NCBI GenBank assembly: GCA_038153405.1
Contig: JAYOYH010000001.1
Location: 1,493-32,145, forward strand
Length of the DNA: 30,653 bases
DNA from: Gemmatimonadota bacterium
GTDB lineage: Bacteria > Latescibacterota > UBA2968 > UBA8231
Direction: 5' to 3'
The notes under the pieces are model-generated. The model saw only the letters and a list, made by a program, of their open reading frames with translations. It had not been told where the DNA came from and did no database searches. Shown here piece by piece: positions 1 through 9,700 of the stretch. Each line of letters opens with the position of its first letter. Positions within the stretch are counted from its first letter, which is position 1. The position numbers and the translations under genes were made by a program.

Positions 1-1
1 G

Positions 2-1942
2 GCGCAGCGCGACGCGCGCATTGTCGTTTACTCGCGCAGCAGCACTGGTGCTCTCGTTGATCAACCTGCAGATAATCCGCCCGGCATAGCCGTGGTTGGT
101 CAGCTGCTGCTGCGGCCTGGAGCGGTGCTCGAGGATGCGTTGGGTGGATTAGCTGGCGTGGGTGGACGCGCGATTCCGCTGGCGTCCTTTGCCCTCGAGG
201 CGCGCGGCGAAGCGGTTGCACCACAGCGCGCGCAGTTGCGCATCGAGACGGTTGGTGGTGCCGCAGGGGCCCTGAAGTCTCTCGAGGTGCACATTGACGT
301 CGATGCCGACGGCGCCGTCGACCGCGGCGAATCTTCTGTCGTCGGCTCTGCCGTTTCACTCGATGTGCAGGGGCTGGTCGATGTGGCCCTGTCTGCGCCG
401 GCACTGACCAGCGGTCGCACAGTGCACTATCTGATAGTGGGCGAGTTTTCTGCGGCGCTGGCCCCAGCCGATCAGGTGCGGGTTGTGGTCGAGGGCCTGC
501 AGGGGGGTGCGGGGCAAGTCAGCGGGCTGCCGGCGTGGGGCAGCGGCGACCCGATCATCGGTCCTCTACACCGGGCCAGCGGCTACGTCGACGTGGTGCA
601 CACTGAGCTGGCGGAGCGCCAGGCCAACCGGCGTGGGACGATAGCAGTGGGCTTTAATACGGCGTCGCCGCTGAGAACGGGTGACCAAATTATACTGCGC
701 TTTCCGCAGGGATTCGATCTGAGCCAAGCGCGCCTCGATGAGGCCTCGCGCGGGCCGAATAGCGGCCCGTTGGCCAAAGTCAACTGGCTGTCCTCGCGCA
801 GTGCGCTGGTCGTCGAGGTCTTGGCCGACGAGCCGGCTGGAGCCTATGCGCTGGTTCTGGACGATGTAGTTAATCCGCCTGCGGCCACCGGTCTGAGCAT
901 CGACGTGAGCACGCGGCGCGCCGACGGGCGCACCGTAGACGGGGCCGATCTCACGCCCTTTCTCTTCGATGTAGAAGAGGTTGGCCTATCGCTGGCCTGT
1001 CGCGCCGATTTCGACGGCGACGGGCGCGTATACTTTGCCGACCTTTTTCTATTTGGCGACGCCTTTGGTTATACGGCTTCGAACCGCTTTGATTTAGACG
1101 GCGATGGCCGCGTTGATTTCACCGACTTTTTTGCCTTTAGCGAGGTCTTTGCTCAGCCTTGTGATCCGAGTCAGATCGATACAAGCCCACGCGATGAAGC
1201 GCTGCCGCTGAACGTGGTCGAAGCCCTGCCCGGCGGTGTTGATATGCACTTTGCACTGGTGCGCGCCGGTTCGTTTTCCATGGGGTCGCCCGCTGCCGAA
1301 GTTGGGCGGCTTGGCAACGAGGGGCCACAGCGCAAGATCACGCTAACAAGCGACTTCTACCTGGGCCAATACGAGGTGACGCAGGCGCAGTGGCGCGCTG
1401 TAATGGGGACTGCACCTTGGGCGGGCCAGCCGGCCGTGTTGGAAGACGGTCGCCACCCGGCCGTCTATATCTCATGGAGCGATGCGCAGGCCTTTGTGCG
1501 CGTTCTCAACGCAGCGGCTGGCGATTCGCTCTACCGCTTGCCCAGCGAAGCCGAGTGGGAGTATGCCGCCCGCGCCGGCACCGGCACGCGCTGGTCGTTC
1601 GGCGACGTTGAATCCATGTTGGCCGACTACGCGTGGACGCGCACCGTGCCGCCGGTAGTCAGCGAGTTAATAACGCATGCTGTGGGTTCAAAGCGCCCCA
1701 ACCCCTGGGATCTCTACGACGTGCACGGCAGCGCCAGCGAATGGGTGCAAGACCACTATGCTGCGTATCCGGCCGTCGACCAAATCGATCCTCAGGGTCC
1801 GAGAACGGGTAGCGATCGCGTGCTGCGCGGAGGGGGGGCGTTGCTCAGCGCCGAAATGACGCGTTCGGCCGCGCGCGCTTTCTTTGCGCCCGATGTGCGC
1901 CTAAGCACCTTTGGCCTGCGCATTCTGAAGCGCCTTCCCTAA
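2..1942 (+). CDS. 5'-partial modular protein: Ig-like domains, dockerin-like twin EF-hand (~1001-1150), C-terminal FGE-sulfatase (SUMF1/EgtB/PvdO, C-type lectin fold) domain (~1240-1935)
   Basis: The frame is open from base 2 (AQRDARIVVYSRSSTGAL...), so the start at 92 is probably not the real start. Twin Ca-loop motifs ADFDGDGRVYFADLFLFGDAFG and FDLDGDGRVDFTDFFAF. FGE-family motifs GSFSMGS, EGPQRKI, YEVTQAQW, YRLPSEAEWEYAARAG, PNPWDLYDVHG, RVLRGG. Confidence 0.88.
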   Translation, partial: AQRDARIVVYSRSSTGALVDQPADNPPGIAVVGQLLLRPGAVLEDALGGLAGVGGRAIPLASFALEARGEAVAPQRAQLRIETVGGAAGALKSLEVHIDVDADGAVDRGESSVVGSAVSLDVQGLVDVALSAPALTSGRTVHYLIVGEFSAALAPADQVRVVVEGLQGGAGQVSGLPAWGSGDPIIGPLHRASGYVDVVHTELAERQANRRGTIAVGFNTASPLRTGDQIILRFPQGFDLSQARLDEASRGPNSGPLAKVNWLSSRSALVVEVLADEPAGAYALVLDDVVNPPAATGLSIDVSTRRADGRTVDGADLTPFLFDVEEVGLSLACRADFDGDGRVYFADLFLFGDAFGYTASNRFDLDGDGRVDFTDFFAFSEVFAQPCDPSQIDTSPRDEALPLNVVEALPGGVDMHFALVRAGSFSMGSPAAEVGRLGNEGPQRKITLTSDFYLGQYEVTQAQWRAVMGTAPWAGQPAVLEDGRHPAVYISWSDAQAFVRVLNAAAGDSLYRLPSEAEWEYAARAGTGTRWSFGDVESMLADYAWTRTVPPVVSELITHAVGSKRPNPWDLYDVHGSASEWVQDHYAAYPAVDQIDPQGPRTGSDRVLRGGGALLSAEMTRSAARAFFAPDVRLSTFGLRILKRLP

Positions 1943-1945
1943 GCT

Positions 1946-4900
1946 TTAGCGCCCTGCATTATGGGTGTTAAACGAATCGGCAAAAATAAAAAAATCGTCG
2001 ATGGAGATGCGGCCGTCGAAGTCCAGGTCCAGAGTGGGATCCCAGTCGGGGTGGAGCGGCGTCAGTCCCATGGCGTCAATGAGCTGAAAAAAGTCTTCGT
2101 AGTCGACGCGCCAGTTGTCGTTGAAGTCGCCGGTTGGCTTTTCGCTCAGCGGCGGTAAGACGACGAATTCGACCTGTGTGCTGGCACTCAGTCCTCCGGC
2201 GTCGGTGGCGGTGAAGACGACCTGCGCGCGGCCCACCTGCGCGGCGGAGATGGCCACCGCGCCCAGCGAATCGATCTCTATGGAAAGGAATTCACCCGGC
2301 GTGGTGCGCGCGTTCCAAACCAACTGCTCCCGCGGCGCATCGTCTGCTGCGTAGCGGTTGAGCGACAGGTAGATTTTCGCATCGCTGTTGAATTGCTGGG
2401 ACGGAATGGCGGCCAGCGTTGGTGCCCTATTGGTGAAAAGTGGCCCCCCGTCTGCGCCCAAACCGTGTACGGTGATATACAGCGTATCGGTGGCGCTGGC
2501 CCCATCGCCATCGGTGGCGGTGAAAAAGACGCGCAGTGCACCGGTGCCGGCACTGTCGGCTGTTATGGTGGCGATGTGCAATGAATCGTCGATGGCTACG
2601 TGTAGTCCGGAATCGGCTCGGGCACTCCAGCGCAGAAACCGCAGCGGTTGGTCGTCTTGCACGTAGTTGTTCAGCGTCAATTGGGTGCCGGTGCCGGCGT
2701 CGATAAAGAGCGGAGGAAGACCGTCTAGGACGGGGGCGCGATTGCTGTTGGCTGCTCGCTCGTGCACGGTGACCCGCAGCGTATCGGTGGTGCTGGCGCC
2801 CTCGGCGTCGGTGGCCGTCAGCGATACGCCCAGCAGACCGGCGCTGGCACTGTCGGCCAATATAGTTATGAGGCGCAGCGAGTCGTCGATGGTCACGTAC
2901 AGGCCAGAATCGGCCCGGGCGCTCCAGCGCAGAAACTGCAGGGGTTGGTCATCCTGTGCATAGGTGTCCAGCGCGAATTGGGCGCCGGTGCCGGCGTCGA
3001 TAAAGAGCGGAGGAAAACCGCTCAAGATGGGCGCGCTGTTGACGGCGGTCGAACCGTCGGGACTGTGCACGGTAATGTTTAGTGTGTCGGTGGCGCTGGC
3101 GCCCTGCGCGTCGGTGGCGGTAAAGGCAATGCGGCGCGGTCCGCGCGCATTGCTGCTGGCACTGACGGTGGCGATGTGCAGCGTGCCGTGGATGCTGATT
3201 TGCAGACCGGCATCGGGCAGGGCGGTCCAATGCAGGAGTGCCAGCGCCTCGTCGTCGCGGGCATAGGTGTCCAAATCGAACTGGATGGACGCGCCGGCAT
3301 CGACAAAGAGCTCAGGGAAGGCACTCAGCACCGGCGCTGGGTTGGTCGATGTGACGAGGATGGTATCGGCGGCAATTGCGCCTCGTTCGGTGCTGGCCTG
3401 CAGCACTAGCTCGGTTTCGCCCTTGAATCCGTCGCGTGCGCTTAGCGCTAGCGTTTTTTTCTCCAGATCGATTGCCACGTTGAGCGCGGCGTTGGCCACC
3501 GCGCTCAACGTGGTTACGCTGGGTGCAATGTAGGCTTGTAAATCGACGATTAGCGTGCTATCTGCGCTGAACGAGAGGTCGGGCAGCGGAGTGATCGACG
3601 AGGCAACGCGCACCGCAAACGTATCCTGTGATGAGAATCCCAGCAGATCGTAGACGCGCACGCTGATGTTTTCCGCATAGGCTGCTGCGCCGGCCGGTGC
3701 AATCAGGCGCAATTGGCTGCCGTTGAGCTGGGTTTGGGTAGTGGTCGTCGAGCCTAAGCTCCAGATCAAACTGGACGGCGCGTCGTCAGGGTCGGAACCA
3801 TACTGCGCAAGATCGATAAATAGCGTGTCTCCGGGCGCCATCTGCGCGTCGGGCAGGGCGGATAGCGTGGGTGGCTGATTCACGCGCAGCACGGTGAGGC
3901 GCAGCGTATCGACGGCGCTGGCTCCGCTCGAATCGACCACGCTAAAGAAGAGGTCGCGCACGCCCGAGAACGCTTCTGTCGGTCGCACCGTTGCCCGACC
4001 CATATCGTCAATTGCAATGTGGGTCAGCGCGTCGCTGGCCGCGCTCCAGCGCAGCGCGCTGGCCGGGTCATCGATATCGGTGGTCGCGCCGGCTAAGTCG
4101 ATGACGAATTGACCGCCCTGTAAAATCGACGTATCGCGCAGCGCGATCTGCGGCGGGTCGTTGCGCGGCTGTATGTGGATGGCGGCGGTTTTGGTGCCCG
4201 AGTTGGCCAGTCCGTCGCTGGCCAGCACGTCGAGCGAGAAGGAGCCGTGGCTATTGGGCGCAGCCCACAATTCCAGCTGGCCGCTAGCGCTCGTGTAGCG
4301 CTGCGATAGACCGTCGGAGGCGACAAAGCTCAGCTGCAAGCTGGAAAAATCGTTGTCTATATCGCTGACTTGGGTTTTCATGTCGACGCGCAGCGTTTCG
4401 TCTTCGGCCCACGTCAAATTGACGGGCAGGGTCACTGCGGGAGCGTCGTTAACCGCTTTCACTTCGATGATGCCGCTGTCGCTGTGCTGCAGGCCAAAGG
4501 CATCTATTGCCGTTACGGTCAGCGTGTCGATGCCAAAGAAGTTGGCTCCAGGCAGTACAATGAGGCTATCTGCGGTGGTGCGCGCAGTGATATGGCTGCT
4601 TTTAAATGCAAAGGTAAAAGTAGTATCGTCGACATCGGAGACGATATCGCGTATGAGAACGCGATAGCCCAATTCTTCGTCCTCTCGGAAGACTAGTGCG
4701 GGGAAGTCGACCGTTGGGCGATCGTTGACGACGTTGATGGAAATGGCGTTGGACTGGGCCGCCGTCAGGGCCGAGTGCGCTGGATCGGCCACATTGTGCA
4801 CACTGAGCACAATTGACTCGTCGTCGATGGCTGTGCTGTAGCTCAGGTTGTCAAAGGTGGCCCGGCCGCTGTCGGCAATGGTCGTGTTCTGCAGCAGGGA

Positions 4901-6595
4901 GCCGCTGCCCGAACTGGTGACGGTCAGGGTGTCGCGAAAGTCGTAGTCGACAAACCCGCTGTCGTCGACGGCTTCGACTAGGGGTTGGCGGCTCAGCACC
5001 GTACCGGTGAAGCCGCCGCTGGGTTGGGTGTGAAAGATCAGCTTGGTGGCGACCGCATCGACGGTTAGCTTGTCGGCGTCGCGCGCGTAGATGCGCGCAC
5101 CGCGCCCACCGTTATCGGTAGACAGCGCGCCGGTTGGGGCCGAAACGCGCAGAGCGTGTCCCTGGGTGGCCGCCCGCGTCAGCCGCGCGGAGAGAATGTA
5201 GTGGCGCGTCGTGCCGGCCGCCGGCGTCGAGAAGGTGGTCGCGACTACCGTTGCTCGGGTGCCGAGCGTGACGTCGGCCGCATCGAGGCGACCGAGGAGC
5301 AAATCATCGCCCAGCGTCGCGTTGCCGCTCTCGTAGAGGCGGAACTCGTTGAAGTCGGCCGTGCTCAGTCCGGTTGCCGTGGCCAGGTCGGACACCGTAA
5401 AGGTGAGTCCGTTGACCGTCGTCGATCCATCGCCGGTCAGGGCAATGCTCAGGAGCTTAGCTTCGCGCCCGGGGCCGATTTTGCTCGCACCGCTCAGGCC
5501 CGCGCTGTGATCCGGCACAATCTTGCGCAGTCGCTGGTTGCTCTGGTCGGCGACAAAGAGCGTATCGCCGCGCAAGAAAAGGCCGTTTGGACTGGCTAGC
5601 TCGGCGCGGTTGGCCGCGCCGCCATCGCCGCTAAAGGCCGATGTGCCCAGACCGGCTATGCTGGTGATATTGCCGGCTGGGTTGACGCGGCGAATGCGAT
5701 GGTTGAAGCGATCGGCTAGGTAGATTGTGCCGAACGTATCGACGACTACGGCCGATGGGAAGGCCAGGCGCGCGTGGATGGGCAGATCGCCGTCGCCCGT
5801 CGACCCGGGTGAGCCGTTGCCGACGATCGTCGTCATCGTGCTGTCGCTGGCCGCTAGTTTGCGAATTCGATGGTGATAGGTGTCGGCGATATAGACGTCG
5901 TGGTTGCGGTCGACGTAGAGGCCGCTCGGTCGGCTCAGCGTGGCGCTGGTGGCCTTGGTATCGTCGATAAAGAGGCCCGCCGTCGTGTCCTTGCCGGCAA
6001 TGGTCGCAATCTTGCCGCTGGCGTCGATGCGGCGGATGCGATTGTTGCCCGTATCGGCGATATAGACAAAGCCGCCGCGGGCAAAAACGGCCGTCGGGCT
6101 CCTGAGCTTGGCCGCTGTAGCGTCGCCGCCGTCGCCGGAAAACCCAGCGCTGTCCTTGCCGGCAATGGTGGAAATTACGCCCGTCGTCAGCACCTTGCGG
6201 ATGCGGTTGTTGCCCGTATCGGCAATGTAGACGACGCCGTTGCTGTCGACGAAGACGCCGCCCGGCGCGCTGAGCTTGGCCGCTGTGGCCGCTCCGCCGT
6301 CGCCGAGAAATCCACTGGTGCCGGTGCCGGCAAAGGCGGTGATCGCACTGCGACTGGCATTGAGTTGGCGAATGGCGTTGTTGCCGGTGTCGGCGATAAA
6401 GAGCACACCCGTGGTATCGCCCCATACGGCTGCGGGCAAACTCAGGACGGCGCTCGTAGGGACGCCGCCGTCGCCGGCGTAGCCCTGACCGCCCGTTCCC
6501 GCCAGCGTAGTTATGGTCTGTGCCGTCGATGAAACGGCCCCTGCAAGGCCAGCCAGAAGGGCAAAAATGAGCATGTGCAGTCGCTGTATAAGCAT
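1946..6595 (-). CDS. Large secreted protein (1549 aa): signal peptide, NHL-repeat beta-propeller, Ig-like domains, about 9 tandem cadherin/Big-like repeats, C-terminal dockerin-like twin EF-hand
   Basis: Hydrophobic N-terminus ending SSTA|Q. Six NHL-type repeats (IADTGNNRIRK, GFSGDGGxATAAKL). Repeats of the type NxAPxL..DDD..LxW..F.A.D..G. C-terminal GDFNDNWRVDYEDFFQL...LDLDFDGRISIDDFFIFADSF. No PNPF sorting domain. Confidence 0.9.
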   Translation of the reverse strand: MLIQRLHMLIFALLAGLAGAVSSTAQTITTLAGTGGQGYAGDGGVPTSAVLSLPAAVWGDTTGVLFIADTGNNAIRQLNASRSAITAFAGTGTSGFLGDGGAATAAKLSAPGGVFVDSNGVVYIADTGNNRIRKVLTTGVISTIAGKDSAGFSGDGGDATAAKLRSPTAVFARGGFVYIADTGNNRIRRIDASGKIATIAGKDTTAGLFIDDTKATSATLSRPSGLYVDRNHDVYIADTYHHRIRKLAASDSTMTTIVGNGSPGSTGDGDLPIHARLAFPSAVVVDTFGTIYLADRFNHRIRRVNPAGNITSIAGLGTSAFSGDGGAANRAELASPNGLFLRGDTLFVADQSNQRLRKIVPDHSAGLSGASKIGPGREAKLLSIALTGDGSTTVNGLTFTVSDLATATGLSTADFNEFRLYESGNATLGDDLLLGRLDAADVTLGTRATVVATTFSTPAAGTTRHYILSARLTRAATQGHALRVSAPTGALSTDNGGRGARIYARDADKLTVDAVATKLIFHTQPSGGFTGTVLSRQPLVEAVDDSGFVDYDFRDTLTVTSSGSGSLLQNTTIADSGRATFDNLSYSTAIDDESIVLSVHNVADPAHSALTAAQSNAISINVVNDRPTVDFPALVFREDEELGYRVLIRDIVSDVDDTTFTFAFKSSHITARTTADSLIVLPGANFFGIDTLTVTAIDAFGLQHSDSGIIEVKAVNDAPAVTLPVNLTWAEDETLRVDMKTQVSDIDNDFSSLQLSFVASDGLSQRYTSASGQLELWAAPNSHGSFSLDVLASDGLANSGTKTAAIHIQPRNDPPQIALRDTSILQGGQFVIDLAGATTDIDDPASALRWSAASDALTHIAIDDMGRATVRPTEAFSGVRDLFFSVVDSSGASAVDTLRLTVLRVNQPPTLSALPDAQMAPGDTLFIDLAQYGSDPDDAPSSLIWSLGSTTTTQTQLNGSQLRLIAPAGAAAYAENISVRVYDLLGFSSQDTFAVRVASSITPLPDLSFSADSTLIVDLQAYIAPSVTTLSAVANAALNVAIDLEKKTLALSARDGFKGETELVLQASTERGAIAADTILVTSTNPAPVLSAFPELFVDAGASIQFDLDTYARDDEALALLHWTALPDAGLQISIHGTLHIATVSASSNARGPRRIAFTATDAQGASATDTLNITVHSPDGSTAVNSAPILSGFPPLFIDAGTGAQFALDTYAQDDQPLQFLRWSARADSGLYVTIDDSLRLITILADSASAGLLGVSLTATDAEGASTTDTLRVTVHERAANSNRAPVLDGLPPLFIDAGTGTQLTLNNYVQDDQPLRFLRWSARADSGLHVAIDDSLHIATITADSAGTGALRVFFTATDGDGASATDTLYITVHGLGADGGPLFTNRAPTLAAIPSQQFNSDAKIYLSLNRYAADDAPREQLVWNARTTPGEFLSIEIDSLGAVAISAAQVGRAQVVFTATDAGGLSASTQVEFVVLPPLSEKPTGDFNDNWRVDYEDFFQLIDAMGLTPLHPDWDPTLDLDFDGRISIDDFFIFADSFNTHNAGR
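2157..3345 (-). repeat. Four intragenic tandem ~300-bp repeats encoding ~100-aa Ig/cadherin-like units
   Basis: The motif cga[t/c]aaagag recurs at 2701, 2998 and 3301 (spacings 297 and 303 bp). The two middle copies share PPLFIDAGTG and QDDQPL.FLRWSARADSGL. The fourth copy (~2157-2432) is more diverged. Confidence 0.85.
5515..6517 (-). repeat. NHL repeat array (about 6 units of ~56 aa) within the 1946..6595 CDS
   Basis: Recurrent [YF]IADTGNNRIR.. and I.TIAG.....F.GDGG.A..A.L..P motifs. The DNA ttgcccgtatcggc recurs near 6045 and 6210. Confidence 0.85.
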
Positions 6596-6702
6596 AAGGG
6601 CGCAGATTTTTTCCTAATGTAAGCGAAAGTGGTAGTTAAAGTAAATGCCGCTATGCGCGATATACTAAATGAGGCAATGTTGTCTTATATGTCGGCTAAA
6701 AG
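6596..6702. promoter_or_regulatory. AT-rich divergent promoter region
   Basis: A 107-bp AT-rich gap lies between divergent genes in otherwise GC-rich DNA. TATACT, a -10-like hexamer, is at 6661-6666 on the + strand. No convincing -35 element. Confidence 0.55.
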
Positions 6703-9700
6703 TTGAAAAACATGAATAGATCTTTCCTTTTATTGCCCCTGATCGCCGCGCTGCTATTTTCGTTGCAGGACGTTGCTGCACAGTCAGTTGCGCTGTCTCC
6801 GCAGAGCCTTGCGCGAGTGCCTAAAGGGGCCTCGACGAGCAATCCCTACTGGCAGCGCTTAGCCATTGTGCTGACGCGCAATCCGTCGGCGGGCAATACG
6901 ATCTCGATCAGCCTGCCCGCCGATATTTCAATTGCCGATTTGGACGGGGACGGCAGCGTCGAGGACGAAATCGCCCTCGACGACTCGTCGGCGACGGGGA
7001 CCGGCTACACCTCTGTTGCCGGCAGCACGTCCAGCCGGATTCTGCTGACTAGCGGCACGGGCGGCACGGTGGGCAAGGTCTATGTGCACTACCCCATTAT
7101 AACCCCGGCCCAGCCCGTGCTGCCAAACGCCATCTACGGGCAGATTGCCTTTTCCAATCCCAACGAACAGTCCATTCCGGCTGGCGGTCTGGTCCTCGAA
7201 CTCGTCGAGCCCCGCCAGTTGCGTCTGGCCACCTTTTCCCGGCTCTTTGTCGAGAGCGCGGCCGATACGGCGACCAACGCTCAGGGCGATGCCTATCCAG
7301 AGAAGGCGAGTCCGGCTTTTTCTATACCGCTGCCGGATTTGCTGAGCGATCGCCGCGGCCATCTGACGAGCAATGCCATCGCCCGTGCCGGCATCGCCTT
7401 TGCCGACGGCAACGACGGCAACGACACGCGCTATCACTTCTGGCTTTCGCTGCGCGATACGCTGGATCGCGTCGACACTACAGTAGCCGTGCGCGCCACG
7501 AATCGCCTGACGCGGTCCTTTGTCCAGGGGAGCGAGGGCGATTCGCTAGCCGTAGCCTTTGACGCGACGTCTCTGCTCGACACGACGACGTATTACGTGT
7601 ATATGACATCGGACCTAACGGGCCATTTTCCGCTGATGCGGAGCCGTGGCATTGCGGTGCGCCACAAGCCGGTAGTGCTCGGCGTTGGATCGTTTCTCAG
7701 CGGCGACGCCGATTTTATCGACTCGGGACGCCTGCTCAGTTTGGACAAGGGCAGCGCCGGACCGGTCGACAGCACGCGCGCACAGGTGGCGATTCCCTTT
7801 CAGGTCATAGACTACGACGACAGTGCGTCGGTAAAGCTCTTCTACGCGACGGCAGATACGCTCGATACGACGTTTGTGCAGACGACCGGCACGGTGCCCA
7901 ATCGCGTGATTAGCGGTCTGAAGAACGCCGCTTTCGTCGATAGTTCTACGGCGCTATTTGAGGGGCGCGACGCCGAGCTCAACTGGAAAATCGCACGCAA
8001 TGATTCGGTTTTTGTCGCGCGCGGAAACTACTATGTATATGCAGTCATAAGCGACGGCAAGTCGCTGGGCATTCGCCGCAGCACCCACACGTATAACGTG
8101 CGCCACTCGCCCCTATTGATACTGGACAGTCGGGAAAATCGCACGGTTGAAACGGGGGGGAGCAAGGCCGAGCGCTACTACGCCATCACTTGGAACGGCG
8201 ACAACGGTATCGGCGGCGATGTCGCGCGCGGTGACAGCGCGCTGATCGCCCTCTATTACAGCGATAGTAGCGGCTTTGCCGTGCCGAGCGGAGCGGCCGA
8301 ACTGGAGGCCGCTGCCGCTGACTCGACCCGCGATACGCACCGGATCGTATCCGGCCTACAGGAAAAGCCGGACGGTCGCGCCGACAACCAGTACGTGTGG
8401 GATTTATGGCGCTATAAAAATCCCGACGGCGGCGGCGTGCCTAAAGAAGGGGTCGACTACGCGCTCTACGGCATTGTGCAAAACGACTCGACGCGGCGGG
8501 TTGTGCGCTGGAACGACGCCGGCGGCACGGCGCGCAAATTGCGCTTTATCCACCGTCCACATCTGCGCGTCCTCTCTCCGCTGCACCTACTCGAGGTGAA
8601 TGGGCGGAGCAATTTTGAGGTGGTATGGGAGGCGATAGACGTCGATGGGGCGGCCCAGCTCTGGGTGGTGCTGACCTCGGCGGCGGCGGCCAGTGCCTTA
8701 GGCGATTCCACCCATTATGCCGCGCTGGTTGGAGATGGCGCAAGCGATTGGGTGGCCAATTCCGTCGACGGTAGCATGGCTGCAGCCACGGCGCTGAGCG
8801 AAGATTCGACCAGTGCGCTATCCGTTCGTCCCGCGCGCATGACGCGTGCGCTGGATGGGAGTGCGCAGCCGCTGACCAATGGCGACTACTACGCCTACGT
8901 GCTCATTGCCGAATCGGCGTCGGCTGCACCGCCCGACTCGGCGCTGGCGCGGCGGGCCAGCGGGCGCGTGCGCATCAGCGGGCTGGGACCGGCCGGTGCA
9001 GCGGGGCTCGATACGCCGGACGTAGAATTCGTACCGGCCGAACTGACGATGAGTGCGCCCATCGATACGGCGCGCATCGAAGTGCGGCCGCACAGCGGCG
9101 GGGCCCAGGTCGATCTGCTGAGCTTTTTTGCCAGCGTCGATACGACGTTCTTTACCGTGGTCGATCAAGATGCCAGCCTGCCCGGCATCCAGCCGTTTAA
9201 GCTCAACCCCCAACTGAGTGGCATCGTGCTGCGCGATACGCTGTTGGTCGGCGTCGACAGTCTCAATGCGGGCAAGTACCTGCTCGATCTGGTCTATTAC
9301 GAGCAGCAGGGCAACCGCCGCTTTGACGGTGAGCTATCGCTTGCCAGCATTCAATTGGTGTGCCGCGATACGACGGGCGCTTCTACCGTTAGCATTGACC
9401 ACCTAGGCAATCGCCAATCGGCCTTTTTTCGCGACGGGTCTATGGTCGCTTTGCTGCCGCCTGAGACGGCGATGCGCATTCGGATCTTGCCGCGGGGTTC
9501 GATTCGCGGCCGAGTGGCGCTGCAGGGGCGCCCCAATCCGGCTGGGATAGCCACGCTGATGCTGCGCGATCGCAATAGCTTTGCGCCCATCGCCGATTCG
9601 CTCTTTGTGGCGACCAACGATCTGGATCGCGGCAAAGACGGCATACAGGACTCGCTGGCCAGCGACGGCAGCTTTGATCTGTTGAAAGTGCCCAGCGGCG

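Noticed and set aside
92..94. Start at 92 for the first CDS
   Set aside because: The frame is open to the window edge and no signal peptide follows this GTG, so the gene is probably 5'-truncated.
2157..6517. Periodic DNA repeats as a CRISPR array or mobile element
   Set aside because: The repeats are in-frame protein domain repeats with ~170- or ~300-bp periods. There are no identical short repeats with unique spacers and no cas or transposase genes.
8227..8235. RGD tripeptides in A, A' and the NHL protein as integrin ligands
   Set aside because: They are not at equivalent positions in the paralogs and are expected by chance in R/G/D-rich proteins.
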